Source: Spirochaetia bacterium (lineage in GTDB: Bacteria > Spirochaetota > Spirochaetia > DSM-2461). From it: a stretch of DNA of 64,000 nt. The stretch lies in contig OY764216.1 in NCBI GenBank assembly GCA_963668315.1, positions 4,512,001 through 4,576,000 of the forward strand, given 5' to 3'. The notes beneath the pieces were generated by a model. The model had not been told where the DNA came from and did not search any database. It saw only the letters and a program-made list of their open reading frames with translations. The position numbers and the translations under genes were made by a program. Positions 18,205-28,377 of this stretch are shown piece by piece (within the stretch, counting starts at the first letter, position 1; every line of letters begins with the position of its first letter).

Positions 18205-19128
18205 TTATAATATGGGATCGTCAAGAAACCGGCTGCTGAACTTGTTCGTGGAGAAAACCAGGATCACGGTTATTATGGATGTAAACATTCCTACGGCGAC
18301 AGAATATCCCAGGTCTCCTGATAGAACACCTTCCCTGTACACATAAGTCTGAAGCACATCAGCTACGTCATAAACGGCAGCATTGTACATGACCAGAACC
18401 TGCTCAAAAATCAAAAGGACATGGGATAGATTTAAAAGAAGCATGGTGACGATTGTGGACCTGATTCCCGGTAATGTTACATGCCATAACTGCCCCCATC
18501 TTCCAGCTCCATCAATGGTAGCCGCCTCATACAAATGAGGCTCAACTGTGGTTAAGGAAGCAATATAAATTACCGATCCATAACCAACTTGCCTCCACAT
18601 ATAAGATGATATAAGGACAGGACGAAAAAAGTGAGTGTCTGCCATAAAGTAAATTGGCTTACCGCCAAGCATCGTTATTATATTATTTACCAGTCCGGAA
18701 GAAGGAGAAAGTAGATTGACAAAAATACTTCCGACAACAACCCATGAGAAAAAATATGGGATATAAATAAGGAATTGAATAGATTTTTGTACTTTCGCAT
18801 TCTTTAACTCGTTGACCAACAGAGCAATAACTAATGGAGCCGGAAAGTAAAAAACGATATTGGCAATACTGATGATAATAGTATTCTTAAAGGCATTCCA
18901 GAATATATGGGAAGTTAGCAGTCTTTTAAAATTATCAAATCCAATAAATGACACCTTTGCCCTGAATCCATAGTCTGTGAAAGCAAGACTTAATCCCATC
19001 AGGGGTAAATACTTAAATAAAAGATACCATACAAGTCCCGGTAGCATCATAAGAAACAGATATCTCTGATCTTTCAGCTGCTTTAGGAGATAACCGTTTT
19101 TTACATTTTCATTACGCTTATTCATCAC
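18205..19128 (-). CDS. Carbohydrate ABC transporter permease (LplB-like)
   Basis: LYEAATIDGA EAA loop, PYFFSWVVV. Confidence 0.92.
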   Translation of the reverse strand: MMNKRNENVKNGYLLKQLKDQRYLFLMMLPGLVWYLLFKYLPLMGLSLAFTDYGFRAKVSFIGFDNFKRLLTSHIFWNAFKNTIIISIANIVFYFPAPLVIALLVNELKNAKVQKSIQFLIYIPYFFSWVVVGSIFVNLLSPSSGLVNNIITMLGGKPIYFMADTHFFRPVLISSYMWRQVGYGSVIYIASLTTVEPHLYEAATIDGAGRWGQLWHVTLPGIRSTIVTMLLLNLSHVLLIFEQVLVMYNAAVYDVADVLQTYVYREGVLSGDLGYSVAVGMFTSIITVILVFSTNKFSSRFLDDPIL

Positions 19129-19138
19129 GCATATTTCC

Positions 19139-21241
19139 TTATTTATTAATCGTATATATAAACCCGGTATCCATTACTTTGCTACCGGTTAAATTCTCAC
19201 TGTAGGAATCCGGTTGATTTCCACCAACATAAATATTCCACCATCCCTGCCGGAAAGATCTTACACCCTGAGAATCAACACAGGTAAACGCTTCTTTCTC
19301 AATAGTTAAGGAAACCTCTTTTTCCTCTCCCGATAGAAGAAAAACACGTTTTATTCCACATAATACCGGATGATGAGGGAAGTCACTATGATCCATCCAA
19401 CAATATACCTGTATCGTTTCCGAAGCGTTAATAGAACCTATATTACTAATGCGGAACGAGATATAAACCTCACCCTCTTCCTGTAATTCCACATTCAAAT
19501 CTTTATAGGCAAAATCGGTATAGGATAAACCATATCCAAATGGATATAGGGGATCTTCATGAATATACCTGTATGTTCTACCGGCCATGCTATAATCTGT
19601 AAAATCAGGTAGCTGATTCTTTCTGGAATAGAATGTTATCGGTAATTTTCCCGAAGGACTGAAATGTCCGAATAAAAGCTCGGCAATAGCCTTTCCCCCG
19701 AATTCACCGGGATACCACGCTTGAATTAAGGCTTTTACCTGGTCAAAGGATTCAATTTCTGGATCAAGGGGACCGCCGGAAAGAAGAACTACAATGACCG
19801 GGGTATTTCTTCTGCTTACAGCCTTAAGGAGTCTTCGCTGACAGGCAGGCAACCGTAAATTTTCCTTATCTCCAGCCCATCCGCCATTTCCGTCGTCATG
19901 CATCTCTCCTTCAAGAGTCTCGTCCAAACCGAGGCAAAGTACAACTACATCTGACAGATCCGTAACGGCAATGGCTTCAGAAAGGCGATCATCCTTTTCC
20001 CCTAAACGCTCTACTCTATCCTTATTCAGAGCACTACCCTCGGAATATAGGACACGTATATCAGCTGGAAGGATTTCTTTTACCCCCTCAAGAACCGTAG
20101 TCAGATTGCTGGAGGTTCCATGGTAGTTTCCCAGAAGCGCTTCTCGGCTATTTCCGTTTGGTCCAATTATGCCAATTACCTTAATTTGCTCTTTATCTAA
20201 CGGTAGGAAATCCTCATTCTTTAAAAGGACAAGGGATCTTCTCGAGGCTTCAAGGGAGAGGGCGCTGTGTTCCAAAGAATCCACATCCAATAATGAGATA
20301 TCATCATAAGGGCAGTCATCTTCAAATAATCCCAGATCAAATCTTGTTGTCATATTTCTAATGCAGGCTTCTTTTATTCTATCTTCTGATACCAAGCCTT
20401 TTGTATAAGCCTCATAAAGGTGTCTGTACATACTACCACAGTTCAAATCACATCCTGAGTTCAAGGCAAGTGATGCTGATTCCTCTTCATTATCCGTGAC
20501 CTTGTGCCCCAGATGAAAATCTTTCACAGCCCAACAGTCCGAAATATACATCCCCCCGAACTTCCATTTCTCTCTCAAAATATCCTGCATGAGAGAAGGA
20601 CTTCCACAACAAGGCTCCCCATTCAAAGCGCTGTACGCTCCCATAACACCATTTACTTTCCCTTCCTTAACACACCGTTCAAAGGCTGGAAGATATGTTT
20701 CATGCAAATCCTTACTACTTACGACAGCATTAAAACTATGACGCAAAGGTTCAGGACCACTATGGGCAGCCAGATGCTTTATACATGACGCCGTTTTTAA
20801 ATAGGGCCCCTCGTCCTGAAGACCTTTAACAAAGGCCACACCCAGTATCCCGGTAAGATAGGGGTCCTCTCCAAATGTTTCCTGACCTCTTCCCCAACGG
20901 GGATCTCTAAATATGTTGATGTTAGGAGACCAGACAGTCAATCCCTTATATATCCCTCGATCATTCATAGAAGAGAAAGTGTTGTACTTACCTCTCTGTT
21001 CTGTAGCAATGGCGTCGGCTATATTTCGAATGAGATCCGAATCGAATGTTGCTGCCAAGCCTATGGCCTGAGGAAATACGGTTGCCGTTCCTGAACGCGC
21101 GGCTCCATGCAATCCTTCATTCCACCAGTTATATGCTGGTATTCCTAAACGGGGTATAGGTGGAGCGTCAAATCTCAATTGATCTATCATTTCTTCAACG
21201 GTCATCTGAGAAACCAATACCGTCGCTCTTTCCTTATTCAT
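19139..21241 (-). CDS. GH3 glycoside hydrolase, beta-xylosidase-like
   Basis: WWNEGLHG, WSPNINIFRDPRWGRGQETFGEDP, KH, SDCWA motifs; Fn3-like C-terminus. Confidence 0.92.
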   Translation of the reverse strand: MNKERATVLVSQMTVEEMIDQLRFDAPPIPRLGIPAYNWWNEGLHGAARSGTATVFPQAIGLAATFDSDLIRNIADAIATEQRGKYNTFSSMNDRGIYKGLTVWSPNINIFRDPRWGRGQETFGEDPYLTGILGVAFVKGLQDEGPYLKTASCIKHLAAHSGPEPLRHSFNAVVSSKDLHETYLPAFERCVKEGKVNGVMGAYSALNGEPCCGSPSLMQDILREKWKFGGMYISDCWAVKDFHLGHKVTDNEEESASLALNSGCDLNCGSMYRHLYEAYTKGLVSEDRIKEACIRNMTTRFDLGLFEDDCPYDDISLLDVDSLEHSALSLEASRRSLVLLKNEDFLPLDKEQIKVIGIIGPNGNSREALLGNYHGTSSNLTTVLEGVKEILPADIRVLYSEGSALNKDRVERLGEKDDRLSEAIAVTDLSDVVVLCLGLDETLEGEMHDDGNGGWAGDKENLRLPACQRRLLKAVSRRNTPVIVVLLSGGPLDPEIESFDQVKALIQAWYPGEFGGKAIAELLFGHFSPSGKLPITFYSRKNQLPDFTDYSMAGRTYRYIHEDPLYPFGYGLSYTDFAYKDLNVELQEEGEVYISFRISNIGSINASETIQVYCWMDHSDFPHHPVLCGIKRVFLLSGEEKEVSLTIEKEAFTCVDSQGVRSFRQGWWNIYVGGNQPDSYSENLTGSKVMDTGFIYTINK

Positions 21242-21274
21242 CTACCTTCCGTCTATTTAAATCAGGCTTCAAAT

Positions 21275-21304
21275 GACTCTGAGGAAACTGGATTCCTCAG
21301 AGTC
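21275..21304. terminator. Intercistronic stem-loop after the solute-binding protein gene
   Basis: GACTCTGAGGAA-N6-TTCCTCAGAGTC perfect 12-bp stem. Confidence 0.6.
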
Positions 21305-21321
21305 TTTTTATGTTTTATGTT

Positions 21322-22806
21322 TTACTTATTTAACTCTTTGAGAATAGAATCGCCGCCAATACTTTTCCAGAAGTTGGCATACTCATCCATACCTTCCTGG
21401 ACAGATACGCTTCCCACAACAATTTTCGTTGCAATAGACTCTCTTGTGCTCTTAATCGTAGGAGCGACGCGATCATAATTCATAGATACACCTACCGGAA
21501 CATCAGCACCATGGTTGGGGCCTAGATGCCCCTGTATCCCATCTATATGAGCTTTCTGTGCAGGTAATCCTTTCTCCATTGCAGCGGACAAAGCAAAGGG
21601 AAGATTATTTAAATCAATGTCAATGAAGGAATCGGAAAGATAATTCAAAGTATACTTATACCCGGAGTTTGAAGCTTTCTCCGTAGGTACAATCATACGA
21701 TTCCCATCAAGTGTATAGTGTGTACCTTCCACTCCTAATCCGAAGAAAGCAGGATAGATCTGTGGGTCCATAACGATAGTCTCAATAACCTTCACAGCAG
21801 CATCAGGATATTTCGTTTTGGATGAGACAACCCAAGCTGTCTGAGTTGCTTCATTTAACGCTCCACCCTTGCCTTCAGGACCAACAAGCTCATAGATCAG
21901 ATGCATATCGGTAGGTTTCTCTGCATTTTCCGTATTCTGTACATAGTTAACATAGTTGGTAACATAATCAATATCAGAAGCAGCTTTAGCGGTATAAGTC
22001 TTTTCTCTCATAGCACTATTTTCCGTTGTGATAAATTCCTGATTGAGTACTCCCGATTCGTATAATTCATGAACATAGGCAAGAGCTTCCATCATTTCCG
22101 GAGTCTGGAAGCCATCTATAAACTTGCCATCTTTCTTGTATACACCACCCCAAGCTCCGAATGAGTTATAGAAATACTGAAAGTTATCAACCCATTTGGG
22201 AAAACAGAAAGGAATGATATCCTTTCCGACAAATTTCTGCATTTCACGTGCAAATTCTTCTGTAGTAGGAGCCTCTGAAAGGTTAACACCATACTCATCC
22301 ATTAGATCCTGGCGAAGAAAAATTGCTTTGGATTTAGGATAGTTATAGGGGATAAAGTAAGTTTTCCCATCGATCTTCAAATCTTGAAAAAGACTGGGAT
22401 TTAAACTTTTTAGAGCAGGAGAAGCACTGATATAATCAGTAAGATCTAAAATCTGCTCTCTGGCAACCATGGTAGGAATAGCTGTCATGGCCTGGGATAT
22501 TACAAATACATCTGGAACATCGCCACTATTAATCAATGTGGCGATCTTATCTTTGTAACTTGCCAGCGGGGGAATGATAGGGTCGATTTTCACACCCGTT
22601 CTCTCTTCTATCATCTTTGTGATTTCATTCTGCAAATCCGGATCAGTACTTAACCCGTAAGTATTATCAGCTGTTGCCAATACGACTATCGGCTGACCGG
22701 TATCACTGACTTCTTTCTTACCTTCAGCAGTAGCAGAAAACCCGATACAGAAAAAGAGCAAAGACGAAAGAACTACATTAATAATTTTTTTCATTATCAA
22801 CCTCAC
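21322..22806 (-). CDS. Sugar ABC extracellular solute-binding protein
   Basis: Signal peptide, SGDVPDVF, RQDLMDEYG; adjacent permeases. Confidence 0.88.
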   Translation of the reverse strand: MRLIMKKIINVVLSSLLFFCIGFSATAEGKKEVSDTGQPIVVLATADNTYGLSTDPDLQNEITKMIEERTGVKIDPIIPPLASYKDKIATLINSGDVPDVFVISQAMTAIPTMVAREQILDLTDYISASPALKSLNPSLFQDLKIDGKTYFIPYNYPKSKAIFLRQDLMDEYGVNLSEAPTTEEFAREMQKFVGKDIIPFCFPKWVDNFQYFYNSFGAWGGVYKKDGKFIDGFQTPEMMEALAYVHELYESGVLNQEFITTENSAMREKTYTAKAASDIDYVTNYVNYVQNTENAEKPTDMHLIYELVGPEGKGGALNEATQTAWVVSSKTKYPDAAVKVIETIVMDPQIYPAFFGLGVEGTHYTLDGNRMIVPTEKASNSGYKYTLNYLSDSFIDIDLNNLPFALSAAMEKGLPAQKAHIDGIQGHLGPNHGADVPVGVSMNYDRVAPTIKSTRESIATKIVVGSVSVQEGMDEYANFWKSIGGDSILKELNK

Positions 22807-22974
22807 TTATTTTTCAGAAACGAGCAAAAATATCAAAATAGATATTTTTATACTCCTTTCTCGTTCTCAATTCAGTATAAAAGAGCAAATGAAAATCGTC
22901 GTTAGCACAATAAGAAAAATACTTATACTTTTTCGTATGTACCACACATAACCAGATCCATTTCTGATATCTCT

Positions 22975-25065
22975 TTAACTATTTTTAGGACTCTCTTTCC
23001 AATTGGGAAATGAATATTCTCCGCGATAGTTTGAACCGTTATACATAGGATATTTTTCGGGACAATAAAGTAAATCTTTTTCTACAAGAGGCTTATCCTG
23101 AGTATAGATATAAAGACTTTTCCTATCCCAAAGCACAATTTCCTCCCTATTATCACCGGTAATATCCAGAACATCCGCACATAGATCAGGATGTCCATCA
23201 TCAGGGAAACTTACAACAATTCGACCTGCCCCATCCATCAGTCCCCCATGTTTCGTATTACCGTTAAGAAGGATCAAATCCTGACCTGACCCATCCCAAT
23301 TAACAGGAGTAATCATATTACCGTTACATAACGCTTCTTTATGCCAGATTTTATTTCCCCGACAGTCGTGAAGATAAAGGATTCCCTGATTTCCCCAGAA
23401 GGTTGTCGTACAAATCTCAAGCCCATCTCTTTCAGGACAATAGTTTCCCACAGAGATTCTCTGACCATGACCATTTATATCCCGATGAAGGATTGTGCCC
23501 TTCTTATCGACCATCATAAATCCTTCCCAACCGGAAACTATGGCAATGATTTCTTCGGCATCCTGCCCTTCCAATTTTCCGATAATAATCTCGTCAGTAT
23601 GATCATTCTCTATAGGTAGCGACCAGAGTCTATTTCCTTCTGAATCAATCAGATTGTAACAACTGAAAATCTCATCCTTTCCATCTCCGTTAATGTCAAA
23701 AGAGTAAGGGAAATGGCCTGTATTGTAATGGTTAAACTTCCATTTAAGGTTAAGATCACAATCGTAGATCCAAAGACGGGCATATCTATCTTTGATAAGA
23801 ATGTCAGATGGTTTTTCATTACCTGAAACATTGACAATTCGGATAGCGTCCACATTTAGACGATTAGTCGCATGAATTCCGAACTCAATTCCGCATATTT
23901 CTTCAGCATCTTCACTATTACGGGGAGTGGGTATTTCTTTTTTAACTTCCCCTGTTCTACCATCAAGTATTTTCAGAGTAAAATCCCATGATGTAATGAC
24001 TTCATCGAATCCATCGCCGTCAATATCGTAAATTTGAAAAGGAAGATCGGTAGTAAGCTGAATCACATCCTTGTCATCACGGGGTTCGCCAATCTGCCAA
24101 AGGACTTCACCTGTTTCCACACTGACGGCAGTCATACAGCTAATGAAAGGATAACGGTCCTTGAAAACTCGTCTCTGGTGTTGGCATATGACAAAAAACA
24201 GTTCATCTCCGCCTTTCAGATGTCCGAACCGAATCTGCCGACCAGCACCGAAATTGCCCAAGTCAATCTTTTTCCATAAAACAGGCTGGGGTAAGTTTTC
24301 TCTTAGCTGTAGGGTTTCTTCTTTCTCTCTAGTTCTTTTATTTTCCCAAACCATACGGGACTCTTTATCAGTAGATACTTTAACATGAGAATACTGCGCT
24401 GGCATGCAAGAAGAAAGGGCAATACCTCCCTCTTTATACAAGCTATCGGTCAAATCAAAGACTTCTTTCCCCTGGAGAAAACATCGAATCCTCTCCCCTT
24501 TAACTTCTACAGAAAGCTCCTGATAGGTATCACAATCCCAATCTACTTTTGCTTCACCCAAAACTGTACGCTCATACTTTTCAACCCGATGTAGCTCAAC
24601 TCCTTTATCAACCAGGAAGAATGCATAATGCATCATACTAGTCTGATAACGAAACAGGATACCGCTGGCAAACGTTCTTGTGAGAGGTCTCATTGTGACA
24701 GAAAAGGTATAATCTTGCCAGTCTTTCTCTCCGGCACATAATGTGGGCAAAGCGGCTTTCTCATCCATTGGCTGAACACGCATCTGCTCAAGAACGCATT
24801 TTCCATCCATATGAGGTTTGGTTATTATCCAAGACGGTCCTTTATAGGAATAATTGGCGATAGGATCATACCAGGAACCGGAATATCCGGGAGAGGGATA
24901 ATAATGATACTCCCCCATAGCAGAATGTTCCGGATCGAAGGGAAGCGGTCCAAGGGAAAAAGAAGAAAAATCTTCTTCAAATATAGTGACGGTTTTCACA
25001 ACGCTATCCTTTTCATAATCTTGATTCAATATGTTAAGGATATTTTTTCCCTGCGCTTCTGTCAT
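22975..25065 (-). CDS. Beta-propeller (FG-GAP/PL11 rhamnogalacturonan-lyase-like) protein with N-terminal lectin/DUF1080-like domain
   Basis: DIDGDGFDEV, DINGDGKDEI, DITGDNREEI Ca-binding repeats, GH and HxD motifs; WQDYTFSV...GILFRY N-terminal domain. Confidence 0.6.
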   Translation of the reverse strand: MTEAQGKNILNILNQDYEKDSVVKTVTIFEEDFSSFSLGPLPFDPEHSAMGEYHYYPSPGYSGSWYDPIANYSYKGPSWIITKPHMDGKCVLEQMRVQPMDEKAALPTLCAGEKDWQDYTFSVTMRPLTRTFASGILFRYQTSMMHYAFFLVDKGVELHRVEKYERTVLGEAKVDWDCDTYQELSVEVKGERIRCFLQGKEVFDLTDSLYKEGGIALSSCMPAQYSHVKVSTDKESRMVWENKRTREKEETLQLRENLPQPVLWKKIDLGNFGAGRQIRFGHLKGGDELFFVICQHQRRVFKDRYPFISCMTAVSVETGEVLWQIGEPRDDKDVIQLTTDLPFQIYDIDGDGFDEVITSWDFTLKILDGRTGEVKKEIPTPRNSEDAEEICGIEFGIHATNRLNVDAIRIVNVSGNEKPSDILIKDRYARLWIYDCDLNLKWKFNHYNTGHFPYSFDINGDGKDEIFSCYNLIDSEGNRLWSLPIENDHTDEIIIGKLEGQDAEEIIAIVSGWEGFMMVDKKGTILHRDINGHGQRISVGNYCPERDGLEICTTTFWGNQGILYLHDCRGNKIWHKEALCNGNMITPVNWDGSGQDLILLNGNTKHGGLMDGAGRIVVSFPDDGHPDLCADVLDITGDNREEIVLWDRKSLYIYTQDKPLVEKDLLYCPEKYPMYNGSNYRGEYSFPNWKESPKNS

Positions 25066-25105
25066 TAGCTAAAATATAGAAAAGATTACACTTTTCCGTA
25101 TATCT

Positions 25106-25936
25106 TTAATAATCAGTTCTTACTGTATCTCTAACATTCTTAAGGTATTGGGAAGGAGATATACCGCTATGCTTTTTAAAAAAACGGGTAAAATACTGTA
25201 TATTCTCAAAGCCAAGATTCCATGCTATCTCGGTTAAGGTCAGTTCTGTGTGCTGAATAAGCAGCTTTGACTGTTCAAAACGAATATGATTAATATAACT
25301 AACAGCCGAAAGTCCTGTTTCCCGTTTGATGACTCTGTACAAATAATCCTGGTTGTACCCACAATCATCCGCCATCTCTTTTAGGGAAAACTTCCTATTG
25401 ATATTTTTGGCTATATAGTCGTCTACAACCGTAATGACTTGAGAGTTCTCTTTGCGTGAATTCGGGTGTTCTGCGGTATTCATTTCAAACGTGGAAAGCT
25501 TATTTTGTATACTAATCCTCTCCATTAAAATGAGAGCTTCCCTTAAAAGAGATTCAGACATTTCTTTATAATGGAGAGATTTTTTCTGTCCTTCGAGAAC
25601 AATTCGGGAAAAGAGGTTAAAAATCTGCCTTTCCTGGTCTTCTATTTTTTGATTTCCCGATGCCAGCAATTTGGTTAGACTTTCATCCAGAGTGACAAAC
25701 TTGACCTCCAGTGTTTTCATACCTTCTGAAGAGGTAACACTGTAACTATGCCTGGAACCTTTCTTAATCAGGTATATATCACCGGGAGACATTGTATAAC
25801 TGACATCGTCAATATTATTTATTCCTTCCCCTGAATAAACCATCTGAATCTGATAATCAGGATGGGAATGCATAACAATCCCGCTACCCTTTCTATAATG
25901 GAATCGTCCAGAAAATGTTATCTCAAATTTTTCCAT
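25106..25936 (-). CDS. AraC-family regulator with cupin domain
   Basis: HSHPDYQ cupin; EIAWNLGFENIQYFTRFFKK. Confidence 0.92.
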   Translation of the reverse strand: MEKFEITFSGRFHYRKGSGIVMHSHPDYQIQMVYSGEGINNIDDVSYTMSPGDIYLIKKGSRHSYSVTSSEGMKTLEVKFVTLDESLTKLLASGNQKIEDQERQIFNLFSRIVLEGQKKSLHYKEMSESLLREALILMERISIQNKLSTFEMNTAEHPNSRKENSQVITVVDDYIAKNINRKFSLKEMADDCGYNQDYLYRVIKRETGLSAVSYINHIRFEQSKLLIQHTELTLTEIAWNLGFENIQYFTRFFKKHSGISPSQYLKNVRDTVRTDY

Positions 25937-26265
25937 AATCTCGTCTCCCAGTAATCAGCAATACTATACAATTTACTGATTATTATTTAAATATCAGATG
26001 AAAAAAACATGTTGGATCTTTCAAATTCAGCACAAAGAGATAACGATAAAACATTATCATGAGCTAAAATCTAGAGAATCAAATTCTTTGTTTCAAAAGC
26101 AATAGGTTTTAGAGACTACAAGCACTTGATCGATTTTTATAACTCGATTGACCTAACGCATGATTCATTAGGATTTTAAGATTTTAGTTTTAATAAAATA
26201 CTAAAGAATAGTAATTCAATAGCAGAATATTCTAATATTCCTGAATTTAGTGACGAGGAAGAAGA

Positions 26266-26499
26266 TTATTGGGGTATTCCTTTATCAATTTTACTGCTGA
26301 CTGTTATTATATCTGTTTGAGAGAGATTATCTATTTCCTGGAGTATATATAATCCCCGAGCAATTTGACTAATATATCCCAGCACCTTAAGTTCATAGAG
26401 CATATATCTACTTACTCCACTTGCGATTGCATCTTTCATTCTAAATGGGTTGCTAAGATTTCTGAGAATATGCAGAGATATCTCTTGCGCCTCTGTAAT
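26266..26499 (-). pseudogene. AbiEi antitoxin pseudogene (not in ORF track)
   Basis: Manual translation ITEAQEISLHILRNLSNPFRMKDAIASGVSRYMLYELKVLGYISQIARGLYILQ...KIDKGIPQ* aligns with ORF 16574-17179; start position reads ATT; truncated at 77 aa. Confidence 0.85.
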
Positions 26500-26500
26500 A

Positions 26501-26544
26501 AGACAAAACGTCCTTACTTATCAATATCTATATACAGTTTGTCT
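26501..26544. promoter_or_regulatory. Second copy of the abiEi operator/promoter
   Basis: 42/46 identity between 26501-26546 and 17181-17226. Confidence 0.8.
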
Positions 26545-26674
26545 GATTAGACTGATAAAATCAAGTATTAGTGTAACTCTTGTAGGATTTTTGAAAAAAT
26601 CCAGACCTGTATACTTAGCTCTTCAAGAGAATGAAAAAAGGATTAGTAGTGAAGCTTGTTGAGAATGAATGAGT

Positions 26675-26929
26675 TCACCAGTCCCATTCAAAATCCGTCG
26701 TTTCCAGAGTATCATCAATCAGCAATTTATCTTCTCCACTATCGTGCATATCGTTAAATGCCTCTTCCCATCCCGCTCGTACTTCTCTTTTTAAGGGTTT
26801 AAGGATTATTTCATTGTTATTGATTTCCATACTTAATTTTTCTTTGATATTAAGTTTAGCTATAATGCTTTTAGGTATTCTTATACCTTTAGAATCTCCA
26901 ATTTGGATTAAAGAAACATCCATAGTCAC
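26675..26929 (-). CDS. AbrB/MazE-family antitoxin (orphan)
   Basis: IGDSKGIRIPK, RAGWEEAF, acidic ...EWDW tail; no toxin ORF follows. Confidence 0.85.
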   Translation of the reverse strand: MTMDVSLIQIGDSKGIRIPKSIIAKLNIKEKLSMEINNNEIILKPLKREVRAGWEEAFNDMHDSGEDKLLIDDTLETTDFEWDW

Positions 26930-27019
26930 CTCAGATGAATTTAATATACTGTAACTACATGAAAAGTCAATTAATCTGACTATAAACTTACTAATTTATG
27001 TTGGCATTCTATTACTTGG

Positions 27020-27346
27020 TCAATATTTTGGTGGATTATCAAAAATCAAACCGTCATCAAATTCGATTGAAAGGATTTCAGCCAAGATATTCCTGAGCAT
27101 GTATTCATCATTAGAAACTCTTGCACCCAATAGATCTATATCCTTTGTGGGCCTACTGGAAAAACCAGAAAGAGAATAAAGAAGCAATCCCCCTTTAAGA
27201 ATAAATGAATCAGAATAAGCTGACAAAGAGATGCGTCGAAGTAAACCTTCCTGCATATAGAGTCTTGTTGTTAGGACGTAATCAATTCCCGTTTCTCTTG
27301 AGTAGTTTTTTAGTTTGGCCTGCACAGATGCTGTTAGATTTTTCAT
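27020..27346 (-). pseudogene. Truncated AbiEii toxin (N-terminal 108 aa)
   Basis: SVQAKLKN, FILKGGLLL, RPTKDIDL, DDGLIFD then premature stop. Confidence 0.85.
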
Positions 27347-27945
27347 ATGAGAACCTCAAGATACTTGTTGAGAACGGAACTGATTCTCAGCTTCCGAGCA
27401 TATCCATTAAGTTTATTAAGATTCTTGTCCTTACTTCTTATGTATTCATTCAGGGCCTCGTTCATGATATCGATACCAATTTTATTCCGGTACCGTATTA
27501 CATCACATATTGTTTTCTCTTTGTCATAGATTTGAATAATATGGTCGGTTTCCAACTTCTCTTTTACAATACCTGTCTCATAAAATAAACCGGAGAAATA
27601 ATAGAGTTTTATTGGAGGATAGTCAGGCAGGGTTATTTTTCGACCTTTTGGGATAGCAATATGAATTTCGGAAGGGTCCCAAGTGGTCAGATTGTAATAT
27701 GCTAGTGCAGTTCCCAAACAAAGTATTCCGTCAGTTATTGATAACTGTGCCTCTGCTAGAGTATCGAATTGGGAATTATCCGAAAGACTATACAAACCAT
27801 GTTTTACCTTTATAATAATACCTTCTTCCTGAAGCTCTTTTAAATAAACATGATGAAGCCCCTTCTCCTTAATATCCCTTGTACGTGCATATCCTGATTG
27901 GTTGTGAAATATTTCAATTATCTCATCATAGATCGTCTTCTTCAT
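27343..27945 (-). CDS. Type IV TA antitoxin, AbiEi family (close paralog of 8129-8731)
   Basis: KVKHGLY, LCLGTALAYYNLT, IYDKEKTICD; upstream TGACATT...AATGTCA inverted repeat (27950-27995). Confidence 0.9.
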   Translation of the reverse strand: MKKTIYDEIIEIFHNQSGYARTRDIKEKGLHHVYLKELQEEGIIIKVKHGLYSLSDNSQFDTLAEAQLSITDGILCLGTALAYYNLTTWDPSEIHIAIPKGRKITLPDYPPIKLYYFSGLFYETGIVKEKLETDHIIQIYDKEKTICDVIRYRNKIGIDIMNEALNEYIRSKDKNLNKLNGYARKLRISSVLNKYLEVLI

Positions 27946-28377
27946 GTTTTGACATTATACACGTTACTTGGATCTACATATAGTAGAAAATGTCATTTTA
28001 TTAGGTAAGGTTCTTAAAAAAATCAGTTTTTAAGTTACTACCAGATTACTCAGGCTTCGGATTCGATACCCGAATAAAAACATGTAGAAATGGGGAGGAA
28101 CATCTATTTAGTATAGATATTATTTTATTTCCTAATAATATTTTATCAAAGTAGAAGCTGCGTTGCATACCAATATTAAGCTAAATGAAAAATGCCGGTG
28201 TAACCAAAAATATGACACAAATAAATATCTCTTGACTGAAATATAATTGTTGATTACCACCTCCATAGGAGGTGGTTTTCTATATTGCACTAGATATGTG
28301 TTGCTACAGATCTAATATTTCAGAGTCTTTTTTTTGTGTAGTTTTAAGTGTTTTACCACTTAGACTCTGGAATCTGA

